Below the pieces are notes generated by a model. That model made no database searches and had not been told where the DNA came from. It was given only the letters and a program-made list of their open reading frames with translations. This document shows positions 62,358 to 64,000 of a stretch of 64,000 nucleotides of DNA, piece after piece (the first letter of the stretch is position 1; the number at the start of each line of letters is the position of its first letter). This DNA is from an uncultured Actinomycetota bacterium (GTDB lineage: Bacteria; Actinomycetota; Actinomycetes; Actinomycetales; Kineosporiaceae): positions 1-64,000 of the forward strand of contig CAWARR010000006.1 in NCBI GenBank assembly GCA_963784535.1. The letters are read 5' to 3'. A program made the translations under genes and the position numbers.

Positions 62358-63650
62358 GTGTCTGAGCTGCACTTCCCGGCCGGGTTCCTCTGGGGAGCCG
62401 CCACCGCGGGTCACCAGGTGGAGGGCGACAACGTGCACAGCGACTGGTGGAGCTGGGAGAACATGCCCGGCACCCCGGTGCGCGAACCGAGCGGGCACGC
62501 CTGCGAGCACTACACCCGGTACGCCGAGGACGTCGGGCTGCTCGCCGGGGTGGGGCTGAACGCCTACCGGTTCTCGGTGGAGTGGGCCCGGGTGGAGCCC
62601 GAGCCGGGGGTGATCGACACCGCCGCGCTGGAGCACTACCGCGCCGTGGCCGACGCCGTCCGCGCAGCCGGGATGACCCCGCTGGTGACGCTGAACCACT
62701 TCACCCTTCCGGCGTGGCTGGGCCGGCAGGGCGGCTGGCTCTGGCCGGACGCTCCGGGACGTTTCGCGCGGTACTGCACCCGGGTGGTCGAGGTGCTCGG
62801 CGACCGGGTGGAGTGGTACGCCACGATCAACGAGGCCGGCAGCGTCGCGTTCGGCGGCTATCTCGGGGCGCTCGGCTTCCCGCCCGGGTTCCGCAGCGTG
62901 CGAGCCTGGGAACGGGCCGGCGACGCGCTGGTCGCCGCGCACCGCAGCGCGCGCGACGCGGTGAAGGCGAGCCGGCCGCAGGCCCGGGTCGGGCAGACGT
63001 TCGCCATGCTCGAATGGGTGGCCGACGCGGGCGGTGCCGCGGTGGTGGACTACCTGCGTGAGGCCATGGAGGACGTGTTCGTCCGGGCCTCGGCCGACGA
63101 CGACTGGGTCGGGGTGCAGGCCTACACCCGGCAGTCGGTGCACCTGCCCGGGTGGCTGGGGCCGCTGGCCCGCGGGGTGTTCTCCAGCCCGTCGCTACGC
63201 CGCGTCGTGGTGCCTCCGGCGGTGCGCGCGGGCATGCGCCACTTCGGCGACCCGGACGCCGCCCCCGCGGGGGTGCGGACCACGCTGATGGGGTACGAGT
63301 TCTGGCCGGAGGCCATCGGTGCCGCCCTGCGCCGTGCCGCTGACCTGCTTCCGGGGATGCCGCTGCTGGTCACCGAGCACGGTGTGGCCACCGGGGACGA
63401 CGTCGAGCGGGTGGAGTACATCCGCCGCGGGCTGGCCGCGGTGCACGCCTGCCTCGATGACGGGCTGCCGGTGCGCGGCTACCTGCACTGGAGCGCGCTG
63501 GACAACTTCGAGTGGGCGCTGGGCTACCGGCCGACCTTCGGGCTGATCGGCGTCGACCGGGCCACCCAGGCGCGCAGCGTCCGCCCGTCCGCCCGTTACC
63601 TCGGCCGGATCGCCCGCAGCGGATGCCTGCCGGGGCCCTCAGCCGGTTGA
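62358..63650 (+). CDS. Glycoside hydrolase family 1 (beta-glucosidase-like)
   Basis: ...FLWGAATAGHQVEGDNVHSDWW...AYRFSVEWARVEPEPG...LVTLNHFTLPAW...ITENG-like LLVTEHGVATGD...HWSALDNFEWALGY... Confidence 0.9.
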   Translation: MSELHFPAGFLWGAATAGHQVEGDNVHSDWWSWENMPGTPVREPSGHACEHYTRYAEDVGLLAGVGLNAYRFSVEWARVEPEPGVIDTAALEHYRAVADAVRAAGMTPLVTLNHFTLPAWLGRQGGWLWPDAPGRFARYCTRVVEVLGDRVEWYATINEAGSVAFGGYLGALGFPPGFRSVRAWERAGDALVAAHRSARDAVKASRPQARVGQTFAMLEWVADAGGAAVVDYLREAMEDVFVRASADDDWVGVQAYTRQSVHLPGWLGPLARGVFSSPSLRRVVVPPAVRAGMRHFGDPDAAPAGVRTTLMGYEFWPEAIGAALRRAADLLPGMPLLVTEHGVATGDDVERVEYIRRGLAAVHACLDDGLPVRGYLHWSALDNFEWALGYRPTFGLIGVDRATQARSVRPSARYLGRIARSGCLPGPSAG

Positions 63651-64000
63651 GGGGGTGGCAGCCGCTGCCGGGGCGTCGGTGCTCGGGCCGCCCTCGGCGA
63701 CGACACTGCGGAGCAGGTCCCACAGCGCCGCGACGTTGGCGCGTTCGGTCGGCTCGGCGCCGATCGACACCCGCGCCATCCAGCGGCCGTCGAGCAGCGA
63801 CGGGGTGATGAAGGCCCGCCCCGAACTGTTCACGGCCTCGACCCAGGCGAGGGTGTGCCGGTCGAGCGCGGCCCCCGGGTCGGCAGGCGCGGCGCCCGGC
63901 GCCGGGGCCGGGGCGTGGCGCAGGCAGACCGTCTGCAGGGTGACCGGGGCGAGCACCTGCCACCCGGGCTCGGCGGCGGCCTGCTCGGCGAGCCAGGCGG
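63639..64000 (-). CDS. C-terminal part of a probable PLP-dependent (group II) decarboxylase; gene continues beyond window end
   Basis: Open frame to position 64000 (…AWLAEQAAAEPGWQVLAPVTLQTVCLRH…FITPSLLDGRWMARVSIGAEPTERANVAALWDLL…*); resembles decarboxylase C-terminal domain; tentative. Confidence 0.4.
   Translation of the reverse strand, partial: AWLAEQAAAEPGWQVLAPVTLQTVCLRHAPAPAPGAAPADPGAALDRHTLAWVEAVNSSGRAFITPSLLDGRWMARVSIGAEPTERANVAALWDLLRSVVAEGGPSTDAPAAAATPSTG

Overview
High-GC (about 72%) actinobacterial chromosomal segment, gene-dense. It mixes core housekeeping loci with an accessory stretch and a signalling cluster.

Core genes called:
- glyQS, a tRNA-dihydrouridine synthase, dgt, dnaG.
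- A FAS-II operon (fabD-fabH-acpP-fabF) with a PucR-family regulator upstream and a DUF3145 gene downstream.
- aceE, a DUF3052 gene and ahpE, in mycobacterial-like synteny.
- gabT, a DEAD-box helicase, and rhodanese-metZ.
- Three tRNAs: Asn-GTT, Met-CAT, Val-TAC.

Accessory and signalling content:
- A DUF559 (Vsr-like endonuclease fold) gene bracketed by copies of a perfect 23-bp palindrome, with a perfect 10-bp x25 G-rich tandem array, lies between glyQS and dus.
- Directly 3' of tRNA-Met sits a toxin-antitoxin islet: RHH-Doc, DUF1778-GNAT (TacAT-like), a VapC PIN toxin, a DUF385 F420-type reductase, a deleted second RHH-Doc copy, and an ASCH gene.
- Next to it is a signalling cluster: REC-HDOD, an orphan MCP, an aminotransferase, and a PAS histidine kinase.
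- Other content: a Fur-family (Zur-like) regulator with a TroABCD-type metal ABC transporter; an orphan P-II protein; an HD-GYP phosphodiesterase with a (KPAKAV)n C-terminal tail encoded by an 18-bp tandem repeat; PPK2; a 986-aa kinase/M23/class-III-aminotransferase tri-domain fusion; an MmyB-like regulator plus a GH1 beta-glucosidase.

Caveat: several essential genes (glyQS, dus, aceE) and a few others are broken into multiple reading frames. At the one junction checked by hand (783-786) the break is a one-base deficit in a G-run, so these are most likely sequencing or assembly indels, not pseudogenes.

No CRISPR array, transposase or integrase was recognised.
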